Positions 25,322-34,888 of a DNA stretch of 64,000 bases are shown here, piece after piece. The stretch covers positions 10,637 to 74,636 of the forward strand of contig JAGXNO010000013.1 in the NCBI GenBank assembly GCA_019894975.1, in the 5' to 3' direction. Position numbers and translations under genes: made by a program. This DNA comes from Promethearchaeota archaeon. Lineage in GTDB: Archaea; Asgardarchaeota; Lokiarchaeia; Sigyniarchaeales; SOKP01. A model generated the notes under the pieces. The model was not told the DNA's origin. It did not search any database and saw only the letters and a list, made by a program, of their open reading frames with translations. Each line of letters begins with the position of its first letter. The first letter of the stretch is position 1.

Positions 25322-25702
25322 ATGCCTACTAGTAATCCAACCGGTTTCTGTCCGAGATGTAATCAACAAGTTCTATTAAAACGTAAAGATTTCGATACTT
25401 GTTTAGCAATAATTTTATTGATTTTTACCGTGATTGGATTTTTTATTTATTTAGCTGTATACTATAGTAGAAAAGAAGATAGATGCATTCATTGCGGTAC
25501 AGAGATCAATATTCCCCCTTCTCAGAAATCGTATACCTATCAACCTCAAATTCAAACTAAATCTACATTATCTCCTACACCAGGAAATTTAAATGAGGAA
25601 ATTAAAGGAGTAATGCCTAATTACTGCCCTTTATGTGGGGAAAAATTAGAAACGGGTATAAAATTTTGCCCAAATTGCGGTAGTAACATTACTAAAGAAT
25701 AA
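25322..25702 (+). CDS. Zinc-ribbon membrane protein (LITAF-like CxxC-TM-CxxC plus C-terminal double ribbon)
   Basis: CPRC, hydrophobic segment, CIHC, CPLC, CPNC. Confidence 0.7.
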   Translation: MPTSNPTGFCPRCNQQVLLKRKDFDTCLAIILLIFTVIGFFIYLAVYYSRKEDRCIHCGTEINIPPSQKSYTYQPQIQTKSTLSPTPGNLNEEIKGVMPNYCPLCGEKLETGIKFCPNCGSNITKE

Positions 25703-25845
25703 ATTCATAAGAAATCGAACTTCTTCCCTCTCTCTCAATTAATTTTAAAACTTATTCCAATCAAAAATTGGTCTCGAGATCATTTATCTAAAACTATAAT
25801 TTATTTCAAATTAAAGAACTATAAAAAAAAGAGGTAAGATAAATA

Positions 25846-26214
25846 TTGTATTGCTCTCAATGTAAAACGAATGTAGAAACAAAAAAAATGGAATTTAATA
25901 TTGCTTTTGCAATATTCTTAGCTATATTCACTGGAGGAATTGGGTTATTAATTTATGTTGCAGTTTATTTAGACAGGGAGAAGAGACCTCGTTGTATTCA
26001 GTGTAATTCGGTTTGCTATGCTCTAACTAATACTCAACCAAGTCCGAAGTATCAATTAGTTACTACAACTAACCAAGCTATGGATCAGAAAACGGTGTTA
26101 GTGACTCAAACTGAGGATGAAAAATCCAAATTCTGTTATAACTGTGGATCTGAACTAAATCAGAGAGAAGTTGCTCGATTTTGCCCACTATGTGGAACTA
26201 GTACCGATCAATAA
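25846..26214 (+). CDS. Zinc-ribbon membrane protein, paralog of the upstream gene
   Basis: CSQC, hydrophobic segment, CIQC, CYNC, CPLC. Confidence 0.7.
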   Translation: MYCSQCKTNVETKKMEFNIAFAIFLAIFTGGIGLLIYVAVYLDREKRPRCIQCNSVCYALTNTQPSPKYQLVTTTNQAMDQKTVLVTQTEDEKSKFCYNCGSELNQREVARFCPLCGTSTDQ

Positions 26215-26360
26215 CAATTTTTTTTTATTCTTATATTATTTTTATAAATGGATTGAAATTATTATATAAATTATTGAAATGGCAATTTTCTTTAGAACGA
26301 TCTAATCTTCCAGTGAAGAAGTTTTTAAAAATTTATAGATCTTTGCGTTTAATAATCAAT

Positions 26361-27575
26361 TTATTTAGTACTTAACGTTAATCTTTCTTTAATAATTTTT
26401 AAGATTGTTGATTCAACAGGAGCACATCCATGTATAAATATCCCATTTTCTTTATGATTTGATATGCAATTTCCAATTAGAAACGTGTCTGAATAAAGAT
26501 CTGATTCTGTTATTCCTTTTCCTATTGCTAAATTCAGAGGTTTTTCAGGAGTATAATGTTTATCAATAAATTCTTTATTATTTTTCAATAAATTGAAGAC
26601 AGTCGATAAACAAGCAGAACAAGAGTCAATATCTATAAGATTAACGTTTTCATATTTAATTGTTATTGATTTGGGAGGGGATTCTATAGGTCTGATAAAT
26701 TCATTAATATCATCTGGAATTGTTTTTATGTCATTTAAAGACTTAATTGAGGGAAAAATAGACTCAGAAAGTAATTTCAAATGGGGCACATCCTCTAGAG
26801 ACCATTTTGGTTGAGAGATAGCGAGAGCAACTATATCCGCTGCTAAAAAATTAGTAGAAGCTATAACCGTGTCTAATTTTACAGCGTTCCCCGAGGATGG
26901 ACCCATTCCCTCATGAGCATATGAAGCATCTATTATCACTAAATCAGGACGGATAACACTTCCGAGATCAGCTATAGCAATATCTAATTCTTTTATTTTT
27001 CCTATGGTTTTTTTCAATTCTTCAAGTATTTCTGGAGCTTGTAAGTGGTGTAGGGTGGTTTTATCTCTTTTATATATCAGTCCCTTCATATTTTTAAAAC
27101 TTAATGAGGCTCCGCAATGCATATGCATTTTTAAAACAGGGATAGAAACAGTATAATCAATTTCATGCCAATAACCTGTTAATCGTATGTTTTTTAGAAC
27201 TTTTCCATTCGGAATTTCTATGTTCACCGGAGAGCGATCATCCAAATCAATAAATTGCAGATCATCATTTTTTAATAAATTTTTGTAGCCTGATTGCTCA
27301 AATGCTTTAAATGTATCTGTGTTTATTATTGGAGAATCACCAATTAAATATTTTGCTTCAAAGCGGTCTTTAAGATAATTAAAAATGGTATCAACGACTT
27401 CTGGGTTTGTATTAATACCTAAGTTAGGATCAACTTCTCTACCGACATTTGGCTTCAATAACACTGTTTTCCCAGAGAGGTTTGGGATTTCAATCTTATC
27501 AAGAGCAGCATGAACTGCTTTTGAAATGTCTTTATTACGGTTAACTGAGACTATAGGTTTATTATTTCCATTCAT
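26361..27575 (-). CDS. DUF362 domain Fe-S protein
   Basis: VLLKPN, TNPEVV, PVLKMH, SFKNMKG, GMGP, CSAC. Confidence 0.8.
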   Translation of the reverse strand: MNGNNKPIVSVNRNKDISKAVHAALDKIEIPNLSGKTVLLKPNVGREVDPNLGINTNPEVVDTIFNYLKDRFEAKYLIGDSPIINTDTFKAFEQSGYKNLLKNDDLQFIDLDDRSPVNIEIPNGKVLKNIRLTGYWHEIDYTVSIPVLKMHMHCGASLSFKNMKGLIYKRDKTTLHHLQAPEILEELKKTIGKIKELDIAIADLGSVIRPDLVIIDASYAHEGMGPSSGNAVKLDTVIASTNFLAADIVALAISQPKWSLEDVPHLKLLSESIFPSIKSLNDIKTIPDDINEFIRPIESPPKSITIKYENVNLIDIDSCSACLSTVFNLLKNNKEFIDKHYTPEKPLNLAIGKGITESDLYSDTFLIGNCISNHKENGIFIHGCAPVESTILKIIKERLTLSTK

Positions 27576-28444
27576 TATGTAAGTCCTAGAAATTCGATAA
27601 TTTTATTCTTCATCAGGTCTTTACTAGGTTTTTTATTTAACCACCATTCAAATGCTACTATTCCTTGATTAACGAGCATATCTAAACCACCTAGTGTTTC
27701 ACATCCAATCTCTGCTGCCTCTTTCATCAATCTAGTTTCAAGAGGGTTGTAAACAACATCAAATACGAAAAGATCATCATGAAGCAATTCTTTTGGTATC
27801 GGAGTTTCATCAACTTTTGGGTACATTCCAATGGGAGTTGCATTGATAAGAATATCTGTTTTTTTTATATGTTTCTCAATAATATCCTCATTGCTTAGAT
27901 ATCCTTCAATATCTACTTTCATACCATCCTTGATTTCATTAGCAAGTAGTTTTGCCCTATTCTCGATTAAATCAGTTAAAACAATTTTATTAGCTTCTTC
28001 TGCTAAAATATAAGCTATGGCTCTTGAAACACCCCCTGAACCTAGAATGAGAACATTTTTCCCAGAGACATCTAATCCCATTTCCAATAGAGATTTCTTT
28101 GCTCCCCCAGCATCGGTATTTCTTGCTTTTAAAACCCCCTCTTCATTTTTAATTGTATTTATTGCGCCTATTTTAAGTGCTAGGGGATCAACCTCATCTA
28201 TATACTTAATGATTGTTTTTTTATGAGGGATTGTGACGTTTACACCCTTGATTTCCAATGATCTTATACCAATCATGGCTTTTTCGAGATTGTCAGGATG
28301 AACATCAAAAGCTACATAAATATAATCAAGGCCAAGTTCTTGGAGAGCGGTGTTAAACATGATTGGGGACATGCTATGAGCTATTGGGTGACCCAAAACT
28401 CCCAAAACTTTCGTTTGTGAAGTTATTCTATTTGAAATAGGCAT
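27575..28444 (-). CDS. aroE: Shikimate dehydrogenase
   Basis: HSMSP, NVTIPHK, NTD, GSGG, INATPIGM. Confidence 0.95.
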   Translation of the reverse strand: MPISNRITSQTKVLGVLGHPIAHSMSPIMFNTALQELGLDYIYVAFDVHPDNLEKAMIGIRSLEIKGVNVTIPHKKTIIKYIDEVDPLALKIGAINTIKNEEGVLKARNTDAGGAKKSLLEMGLDVSGKNVLILGSGGVSRAIAYILAEEANKIVLTDLIENRAKLLANEIKDGMKVDIEGYLSNEDIIEKHIKKTDILINATPIGMYPKVDETPIPKELLHDDLFVFDVVYNPLETRLMKEAAEIGCETLGGLDMLVNQGIVAFEWWLNKKPSKDLMKNKIIEFLGLT

Positions 28445-28533
28445 CTTGCAAGCAGAAGTTTTAAATTTTATTTAAATTAAATAGAATAAGAAAAATTGTA
28501 ATATATAATTATTTAGCTAAAATGAGGTAAAAT

Positions 28534-29103
28534 TTGAAGATGGATAAAGTTAGATTAAGTACAGGAATGACTACCTTTCCAATGCCAGCAGCAGTTATAT
28601 CAGTGGGAATTGGGGATGAAGCAAATTTAATCACGCTTGCCTATGTGGGAAAAGTATGCTTGAATCCTCCGATTATTGCGATATCTATACAACCAAAACG
28701 TCATTCGTACAAATTAATAGAGGAACATGGAGAATTTGGGATAAATTATCCCAATATTGACCAGTTGAGAGATATGGATTATTGTGGAACAAGGTCAGGA
28801 AGAGACGTAAACAAATGGAAAGAGTTAAACCTGACTAAAGAAAATGCATCAATAATTCAAGTACCACTTGTAAAAGAATTCCCTTGGAATATGGAATGCA
28901 AGGTTATTCAGAGAACAGAATTAGGATCTCATGTATGTTATTTTGGTGAAGTTCTAGCCGTACATTCTGATGAAAATCTTGTCAAAAACAACAATATTGA
29001 TCCCGATAAAATTAGCACCTTTGCCTATATATCAGGTTATTATGTTAGTTTAGAAAAGGGTGCAATAGGTAGGCACGGATTTTCATTTGGAGACAGTAAG
29101 TAA
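28534..29103 (+). CDS. Flavin reductase-like (flavoredoxin) protein
   Basis: FPMP, CGTRSGRDVNK, ECKV, GSH. Confidence 0.85.
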   Translation: MKMDKVRLSTGMTTFPMPAAVISVGIGDEANLITLAYVGKVCLNPPIIAISIQPKRHSYKLIEEHGEFGINYPNIDQLRDMDYCGTRSGRDVNKWKELNLTKENASIIQVPLVKEFPWNMECKVIQRTELGSHVCYFGEVLAVHSDENLVKNNNIDPDKISTFAYISGYYVSLEKGAIGRHGFSFGDSK

Positions 29104-29118
29104 AGTAAAAAGGTAAAA

Positions 29119-29649
29119 ATGAAGAAAGCTTGTATTGCTCTTATTGGTTTTATGGCAACGGGTAAGACTACCGTAGGAAAAGCATTAGCGAAGCATTTAG
29201 GAGATGCCTTCAAATTCATAGAAACTGATCAGATAATAATTGAAATGGTAGGAAAAACTATTCCCGATATTTTTTCTGAAGATGGTGAGGTTAAATTTAG
29301 AGAATACGAAGTAGCAGCTTGTAAAAAAGTTTCAAACCTTTCAAATATTATTGTGTCATGCGGAGGAGGAGTTGTTTTAAATAAGGTGAATATTGATAAT
29401 TTAAAATTGAATTGTCACATAGTCTTATTGGAAGCATCTATTGAGGAAATTTATAAAAGAGCTATGAGAGATGGGAAAGAAACTAGGCCTGTAATCAATA
29501 AGGATGATCCTAAAAAAGAAATAGAAAATGTTCTAGTTTTTCGAAAACCCTACTATCAAGCAGCAGCAGAATATATTATTGATACTACCAGTAAGGAAAT
29601 ACAAGATATTGTTGAGGAAATTGTTATAAAAACTCATTTAAAAACCTAA
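29119..29649 (+). CDS. aroK: Shikimate kinase (bacterial AroK type)
   Basis: GFMATGKTT, GEVKFRE, CGGG, RP. Confidence 0.92.
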   Translation: MKKACIALIGFMATGKTTVGKALAKHLGDAFKFIETDQIIIEMVGKTIPDIFSEDGEVKFREYEVAACKKVSNLSNIIVSCGGGVVLNKVNIDNLKLNCHIVLLEASIEEIYKRAMRDGKETRPVINKDDPKKEIENVLVFRKPYYQAAAEYIIDTTSKEIQDIVEEIVIKTHLKT

Positions 29650-29712
29650 ATTTAAATTAATCAAACCTACTAATTATATAAAATATTTTACGAACGGGTT
29701 AAGGTTGGTTTA

Positions 29713-29883
29713 ATGACTGAATATAAAAGAGTTAAGTGCATAAATTGTGGAGAAGAAAATCCACGGAAATTACATGAGGAACAAGATAAAAATCAAGTCC
29801 TTTATTATTCGATGCAAGGGACACCAGTTTATAAGTATAAAATGAAATGTGGCTCATGCGGAACTAAATTTGATAAAGCATAA
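29713..29883 (+). CDS. Small zinc-ribbon protein (56 aa, not in ORF track)
   Basis: MTEYKRVKCINCGEENP...KMKCGSCGTKFDKA; two CxxC pairs. Confidence 0.7.
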   Translation: MTEYKRVKCINCGEENPRKLHEEQDKNQVLYYSMQGTPVYKYKMKCGSCGTKFDKA

Positions 29884-29939
29884 TAAATATTCCCTTATTT
29901 TTATCTCTCATTTTTTTAAATTTTTTACTCAAGATAAAT

Positions 29940-30695
29940 CTAATTTGATCTATTCAAAAATAGATTTAAAGAGGCTCTCATATCCTTTACATTGATTTGT
30001 CCTGGGGCAGTCTCTTCAACTATGGAAGCATATGTTAAAAATGAACCATTTAAAACACAACATATTCTAGAGAAGATACCTAACGTTCCCATGCAAAAAG
30101 ATATAATATTCATCTTTCTTGTTGAGAATTCTTTACATATTTTTAAAGAAATGAGATTATCTTCAAAATCATTTGCTTTACACACTAATTTAAAGATAAC
30201 TTTCTCTAATCTATTTGAATCCAAACCAAACTCCTCTTTCATGATCTCTAAGAATTTCTGGATTTGATCAGAAAGTACCTCATAAGACGGTGTTTCATCA
30301 AAATTATGGTATGAGAAAATTAAGTTTACATCATTTTGATTAGTTAAATTTAAGATATCTTTTAGCATTCTTTTTTCTGTATTCATTTCTATATCTAAAT
30401 AATGTGGTTGAGATAAAACAAGGGTTTTTAAGATATTAAACCTTGTTTTCTCATCAATTTTGATTTTTCCGCCTTCATGAGGGGATCTAAACGTAAAAAT
30501 AACTGGGATTTTTGGATAGACATTATCTAGCATTTCAGTAATAAAATTTTGGGTTATTTTCTGAACATCATCGATATAATCATATCTAAATTCAATTAGA
30601 TTAGGATTAAATCCCATTACATTTTCAATTCTTGATTTAAACTCGAGAATGTTCGCAGATTTGATGGGTATTGGTACACATATTTTGAATTTCAT
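29940..30695 (-). CDS. aroD: Type I 3-dehydroquinate dehydratase
   Basis: IEFRYD, FTFR...EGG, SYHNF, MG, APGQ. Confidence 0.92.
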   Translation of the reverse strand: MKFKICVPIPIKSANILEFKSRIENVMGFNPNLIEFRYDYIDDVQKITQNFITEMLDNVYPKIPVIFTFRSPHEGGKIKIDEKTRFNILKTLVLSQPHYLDIEMNTEKRMLKDILNLTNQNDVNLIFSYHNFDETPSYEVLSDQIQKFLEIMKEEFGLDSNRLEKVIFKLVCKANDFEDNLISLKICKEFSTRKMNIISFCMGTLGIFSRICCVLNGSFLTYASIVEETAPGQINVKDMRASLNLFLNRSN

Positions 30696-30725
30696 AATAA
30701 GTAAATTATAAATTAGTAGAAAAAA

Positions 30726-31391
30726 TTAAAACTCAATTATTTTCTTTATATCATCTTCAGTATATTTCAAAGTAGCTGTTGCATCTACTTTTTTCAATTT
30801 TCCTTTTTTCTTATAGTACTTAATTACAGGCTTTGCATTTTTCTCGTAGGTATCTAATCGGTTTTTTAGAGTATCTTCTGTATCATCGCTCCTTTGTTTA
30901 AATTCTATTTCAGCACCACATTTATCGCAAACCCATTTGTTTTCCTCTATTTTTTCTTTTGGTGGTAAGGTGTACTTATTGTAAATTTCATTACACTCGC
31001 CACAGCTAAATCTTCCGAGTATTCGTTTTGTAATTATATCCCGACTAACTTCTAATAAGAGAAGAAAATCAACCTGAGTCATTTCACTTAAAGCTTTTGC
31101 TTGAGACATATTACGAGGGAATCCATCGAGGAGGAAGCCGCTTTTTTCAACATCCTCCCTACTTAACCTGTCTCTAACCATTTCAATAGTAACATCATCA
31201 GGAACCAATTCTCCCTTATCCATATACGATTTAGCTTTTAATCCTAGGGGTGTTTCATTTTTAAGATTTTCCCGAAAGATATCCCCCGTGCTTATATGAG
31301 CAATATCTGGTAATATCTTTTTAATTTGTCCGGAAAAAGTGCCTTTTCCGGCTCCAGGAGGTCCAAACAAGATTAACTTTAGCTTTTTCAT
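30726..31391 (-). CDS. adk: Adenylate kinase (bacterial/eukaryotic type, Zn lid)
   Basis: GPPGAGKGT, HISTGDIFR, LDGFPR, CxxC lid, RSDD. Confidence 0.93.
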   Translation of the reverse strand: MKKLKLILFGPPGAGKGTFSGQIKKILPDIAHISTGDIFRENLKNETPLGLKAKSYMDKGELVPDDVTIEMVRDRLSREDVEKSGFLLDGFPRNMSQAKALSEMTQVDFLLLLEVSRDIITKRILGRFSCGECNEIYNKYTLPPKEKIEENKWVCDKCGAEIEFKQRSDDTEDTLKNRLDTYEKNAKPVIKYYKKKGKLKKVDATATLKYTEDDIKKIIEF

Positions 31392-31472
31392 TTTGATTGA
31401 TCTCTAAATTTTAGTTTTTAAAAACTTGATTTTGTTATAATTATTGATGTAAATTAACGCCTTTAAAAAAAT

Positions 31473-32060
31473 TTATCCCGTGTGATAAGATTGTTCTACT
31501 TTATTAATCAAGGATTTTACTTTTCGTCTTTCTCGTAAACTGAATAAAGTAGCATAGCCACGCTTTATAGAAGAACCAAAGTAAGTGTTTCCAAAAAAGG
31601 TATTGGATTTATTTATTGCGTTTAATAATAATTTTATACTTCCAATATGAAGATAAATTGATATATCATTAATGATCAATACTGGTGTTGGATTTCCATT
31701 GAAAATATTAAGAATTTCTGATGTCTTCTTTAAATTTTCACGCGCATATTGATATAATTCCGTTTTGTTGCTTGATTTTAGGCGAGGAGGGATAATATCT
31801 CCTTTAAATATGATATTATTACAAGTACTACTTTGTTTGTAAAAATCTTGAATTTGTCCCCCAATCTTCAGATTTTTTATTTCCATTAAAGAAGGAGCAA
31901 AATCTAATATACTAATTTCCTTTGAGCGTATGTGCTTCGATTCTAATAAAAATTTAACAAACTCAGATGTTTGGTAAGTTTTATAAGTATTTGTTTCTCC
32001 ATACAAAAGAGTAGAGTGATTAACTAAATTATCAAAATTTAAGTTTAAACCAAATGTCAT
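31473..32060 (-). CDS. Degenerate P-loop NTPase-like protein
   Basis: LLYGETNTYKT Walker A-like, VLIIND Walker B-like. Confidence 0.55.
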   Translation of the reverse strand: MTFGLNLNFDNLVNHSTLLYGETNTYKTYQTSEFVKFLLESKHIRSKEISILDFAPSLMEIKNLKIGGQIQDFYKQSSTCNNIIFKGDIIPPRLKSSNKTELYQYARENLKKTSEILNIFNGNPTPVLIINDISIYLHIGSIKLLLNAINKSNTFFGNTYFGSSIKRGYATLFSLRERRKVKSLINKVEQSYHTG

Positions 32061-32101
32061 ATAATATTCAAAAAAATTTTGTTATTTTTATCTTACCTGA
32101 C

Positions 32102-32668
32102 TTAATCGAAATCTTTCCAAGTGATTCCTGCTTTCTCTAGAAAAGATAGTATTACATAACCTATAAGAGCTCCAGGGATACTACTCACGGCAAATAAACC
32201 CCAATAAATTAAGAAACCTTCGATTGCAGAAGCATCTACCATAGGTAAAATTAACTGTGCTATAGTCCCCCCTATGAATACTGTACCTAATGGCTCAATT
32301 AATGCTGCAAATTCCACAAATTTCGGAAATTTTCGACGTAAAAAATATGCCATCGCTCCAACTACTAATGCTCCAGCCATTCCTCCGTGGAATGCATGAA
32401 TTGTCCCTATCCCTAGAGAAAAACGTAGAATTGCAATACCTAATGCTGTAACAACTGAAAAGACGAGGCCAATCAACACACCAGTTATAGCATTAATAAC
32501 ATGAGCAAAGGGATTGATTTTTGCCCCAGCTATCTCAAGGTATGCAAATGGATTAAGATAGCTTAGAATTAACCCAACTGCTATAAAAATACCAGTAGTG
32601 GCTACTTTTATTGTCTTTGGATTCTGAAATATTCTTTTTTCTTCAACATTAGAATTTTTCTCGCCCAT
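32102..32668 (-). CDS. thiW: ECF S component ThiW (thiazole precursor)
   Basis: PFAHVIN, LRFSLGIGT, AFHGG, EPLGT. Confidence 0.85.
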   Translation of the reverse strand: MGEKNSNVEEKRIFQNPKTIKVATTGIFIAVGLILSYLNPFAYLEIAGAKINPFAHVINAITGVLIGLVFSVVTALGIAILRFSLGIGTIHAFHGGMAGALVVGAMAYFLRRKFPKFVEFAALIEPLGTVFIGGTIAQLILPMVDASAIEGFLIYWGLFAVSSIPGALIGYVILSFLEKAGITWKDFD

Positions 32669-32758
32669 ACTTATTACATCTCATTTCATTTCTTTAAATT
32701 AAATATTAAATTATAGTCCAAAATTTAAAGTTTATTTAATCTAATAATCCGGATAAGT

Positions 32759-33358
32759 TCAATCATTCCTAATAATATTAAAGATTTTTCTAATTTTTTC
32801 AACTATATCGGTTGAATTCATTCCAAATAACCTAATCATTGGTTCTTTTCCAATCGATCCTTTATCCCAAATAATATCTGGTATCTTCCCGTCCTTGTCT
32901 ATGCTCTCTTTAATCAACCACTGCATGGTAGAAAATTCTTTAGTTTTAACTTTTTCAGGTTGTCTTTCTCTCTTAATTTCAATTAGTATGAGATCAGTTT
33001 TCTTCTGAATTTTTTTTACTAATTCAGGTGTGTATTTCAAATTCATTACAAAATTTATAGAATTATCGAACTCTTTTGCTGTAAGAACTAATCTTGCTGT
33101 GTGTTCAGCAACTCCAAATTTGATATTTCCCGCCGCTTTAGGAAGTCCATCAACAATCGTAATTCTACCATCAATTCCTGCTACGTCTTCTTTTGTTTTC
33201 GCGTCTATTAAAGCTCCTGCAATATTTGTTCGTACTTCTGGAATTAATTTGCAGAATTGTTTAGTAGTAATAAAGTTATAAATTTCTCGAATCTGATTTA
33301 TGACTTCTAACTGTTCCTTTGAGAGTAAGGGCTCTAAGGGCTTATTGTTTTCCATCAA
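32759..33358 (-). CDS. thiN: Thiamine-phosphate synthase ThiN domain protein
   Basis: LIPEVRTN, DVAGIDGRI, FGVAEHTAR, GKEPMIRLFG; adjacent to thiW. Confidence 0.85.
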   Translation of the reverse strand: MMENNKPLEPLLSKEQLEVINQIREIYNFITTKQFCKLIPEVRTNIAGALIDAKTKEDVAGIDGRITIVDGLPKAAGNIKFGVAEHTARLVLTAKEFDNSINFVMNLKYTPELVKKIQKKTDLILIEIKRERQPEKVKTKEFSTMQWLIKESIDKDGKIPDIIWDKGSIGKEPMIRLFGMNSTDIVEKIRKIFNIIRND

Positions 33359-33426
33359 ATCTATAAGTAATATAAATTTATTTAATTTATCGATTAATCA
33401 TACAATTTTGGTTAGAGTAAGGTTTT

Positions 33427-34110
33427 ATGATAAAAATAGGAGATATTACGATAAATCCCTCTAAGGTACTTTGTTTAGGTACTAACTACATGGATCATAT
33501 AGAAGAAACAGGATTGGATATACCAAAAGAACCACTTCTCTTTCCAAAAACACCTAATTGTTTAATAACTAACAATCAACCAATTATATACCCTAAATAT
33601 TTGAAAGATAATAGAAAATATAATAGAGTTGATTATGAAGTAGAGCTAGCTTTTATAGTTAAAGATAAGTGTAAAAATGTATCTTCGGATGATGTTTATA
33701 ATCATATCTTAGGATATACTGTTTTTAATGATATAACGGCCCGTAAAATGCAAACTATGGATATAGTTTCACAGAAACCATGGTTTCGCTCTAAATCATT
33801 TGATACTTTTGGGCCTATAGGTCCTGTTATTAAAAAAGTGGACGAAATCACAGATCCTCATAATCTCAATATTGAATTAAAGGTAAATAAGGAAATTAAA
33901 CAAGCTTCAAATACAAAACATTTGTTATTTAAGATTCCTGAGACTTTTGAATATATTACACAACTTTTTACAATGGAGCCCGGTGATATTATTGCCACAG
34001 GTACTCCTGCAGGAATAGGTCCTGTTGTTCCGGGAGATTTGATTGAAGCGACAATCGAAGGAATTGGTACTCTTACAAATAAAGTAATTTTAGAAGGAGA
34101 TGATAATTAA
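33427..34110 (+). CDS. Fumarylacetoacetate hydrolase family protein
   Basis: NYMDH, DYEVEL, NDITAR, KSFDTF, TGTPAG. Confidence 0.9.
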   Translation: MIKIGDITINPSKVLCLGTNYMDHIEETGLDIPKEPLLFPKTPNCLITNNQPIIYPKYLKDNRKYNRVDYEVELAFIVKDKCKNVSSDDVYNHILGYTVFNDITARKMQTMDIVSQKPWFRSKSFDTFGPIGPVIKKVDEITDPHNLNIELKVNKEIKQASNTKHLLFKIPETFEYITQLFTMEPGDIIATGTPAGIGPVVPGDLIEATIEGIGTLTNKVILEGDDN

Positions 34111-34112
34111 TT

Positions 34113-34784
34113 TTGAATATTGGTTCTACAGAGATAAAGCCCACAAAAATCGTTTGTATCGGTCGAAATTATCTGAAACACGCTAAAGAATTAAATTCAC
34201 CTGTACCTACTGAGCCCGTTTTTTTTGTAAAGACAATAAATACGCTTATAACAGATGAGAAACCTATTATATATCCCAGAATTCTTTATGAAAATGAGGA
34301 GTTCAATCGAGTAGATCATGAAGTTGAGTTAGCTTTTATTCTGTCAAAGAAGTGTAAAAATATCTCTTCAGATGAAGCTTTTGATTACATTCAGGGATAT
34401 TCAATATTTCTCGATATGACCGCAAGAAAGATGCAGATTTTTGACCGAAATAAAAATTTGCCTTGGTATCGTAGTAAGAACTTTGATACTTTTTCAGTTA
34501 TTGGTCCTCGTATAGTTCCTCCAAATGAGATTGAAGATCCTCATAATCTAAAAATAGAATTACTATTGAATGGGAAAACACAGCAATCTTCAAACACCAG
34601 TTATATGATTTTTAAAATTCCAGAGATGATTGAATATCTTTCAAGTTTTTTAACGCTTGAAAAAGGAGATATTATAGCAACCGGTACACCAAGTGGAGTT
34701 GGACCTATTCAACCAGGAGATGTTATTAAAGCATCCATAGAAAAAATTGGCACTATTACCCATGAAGTTATTTTAGAAGACTAG
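34113..34784 (+). CDS. Fumarylacetoacetate hydrolase family protein (tandem paralog)
   Basis: GRNY, DHEVEL, DMTAR, TGTPSG. Confidence 0.9.
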   Translation: MNIGSTEIKPTKIVCIGRNYLKHAKELNSPVPTEPVFFVKTINTLITDEKPIIYPRILYENEEFNRVDHEVELAFILSKKCKNISSDEAFDYIQGYSIFLDMTARKMQIFDRNKNLPWYRSKNFDTFSVIGPRIVPPNEIEDPHNLKIELLLNGKTQQSSNTSYMIFKIPEMIEYLSSFLTLEKGDIIATGTPSGVGPIQPGDVIKASIEKIGTITHEVILED

Positions 34785-34888
34785 AGCTGTTGACTAGTTT
34801 TAGTAATTTCACAGTTTTAATCTACAATATGCCACACATATATAAATTTGTATTTTATTATTTACCTTAAGACAAAACAATATCAAAA

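Noticed and set aside
32669-32758. TPP riboswitch upstream of thiW
   Set aside because: The gap is short and AT-rich, with no CUGAGA or other aptamer consensus.
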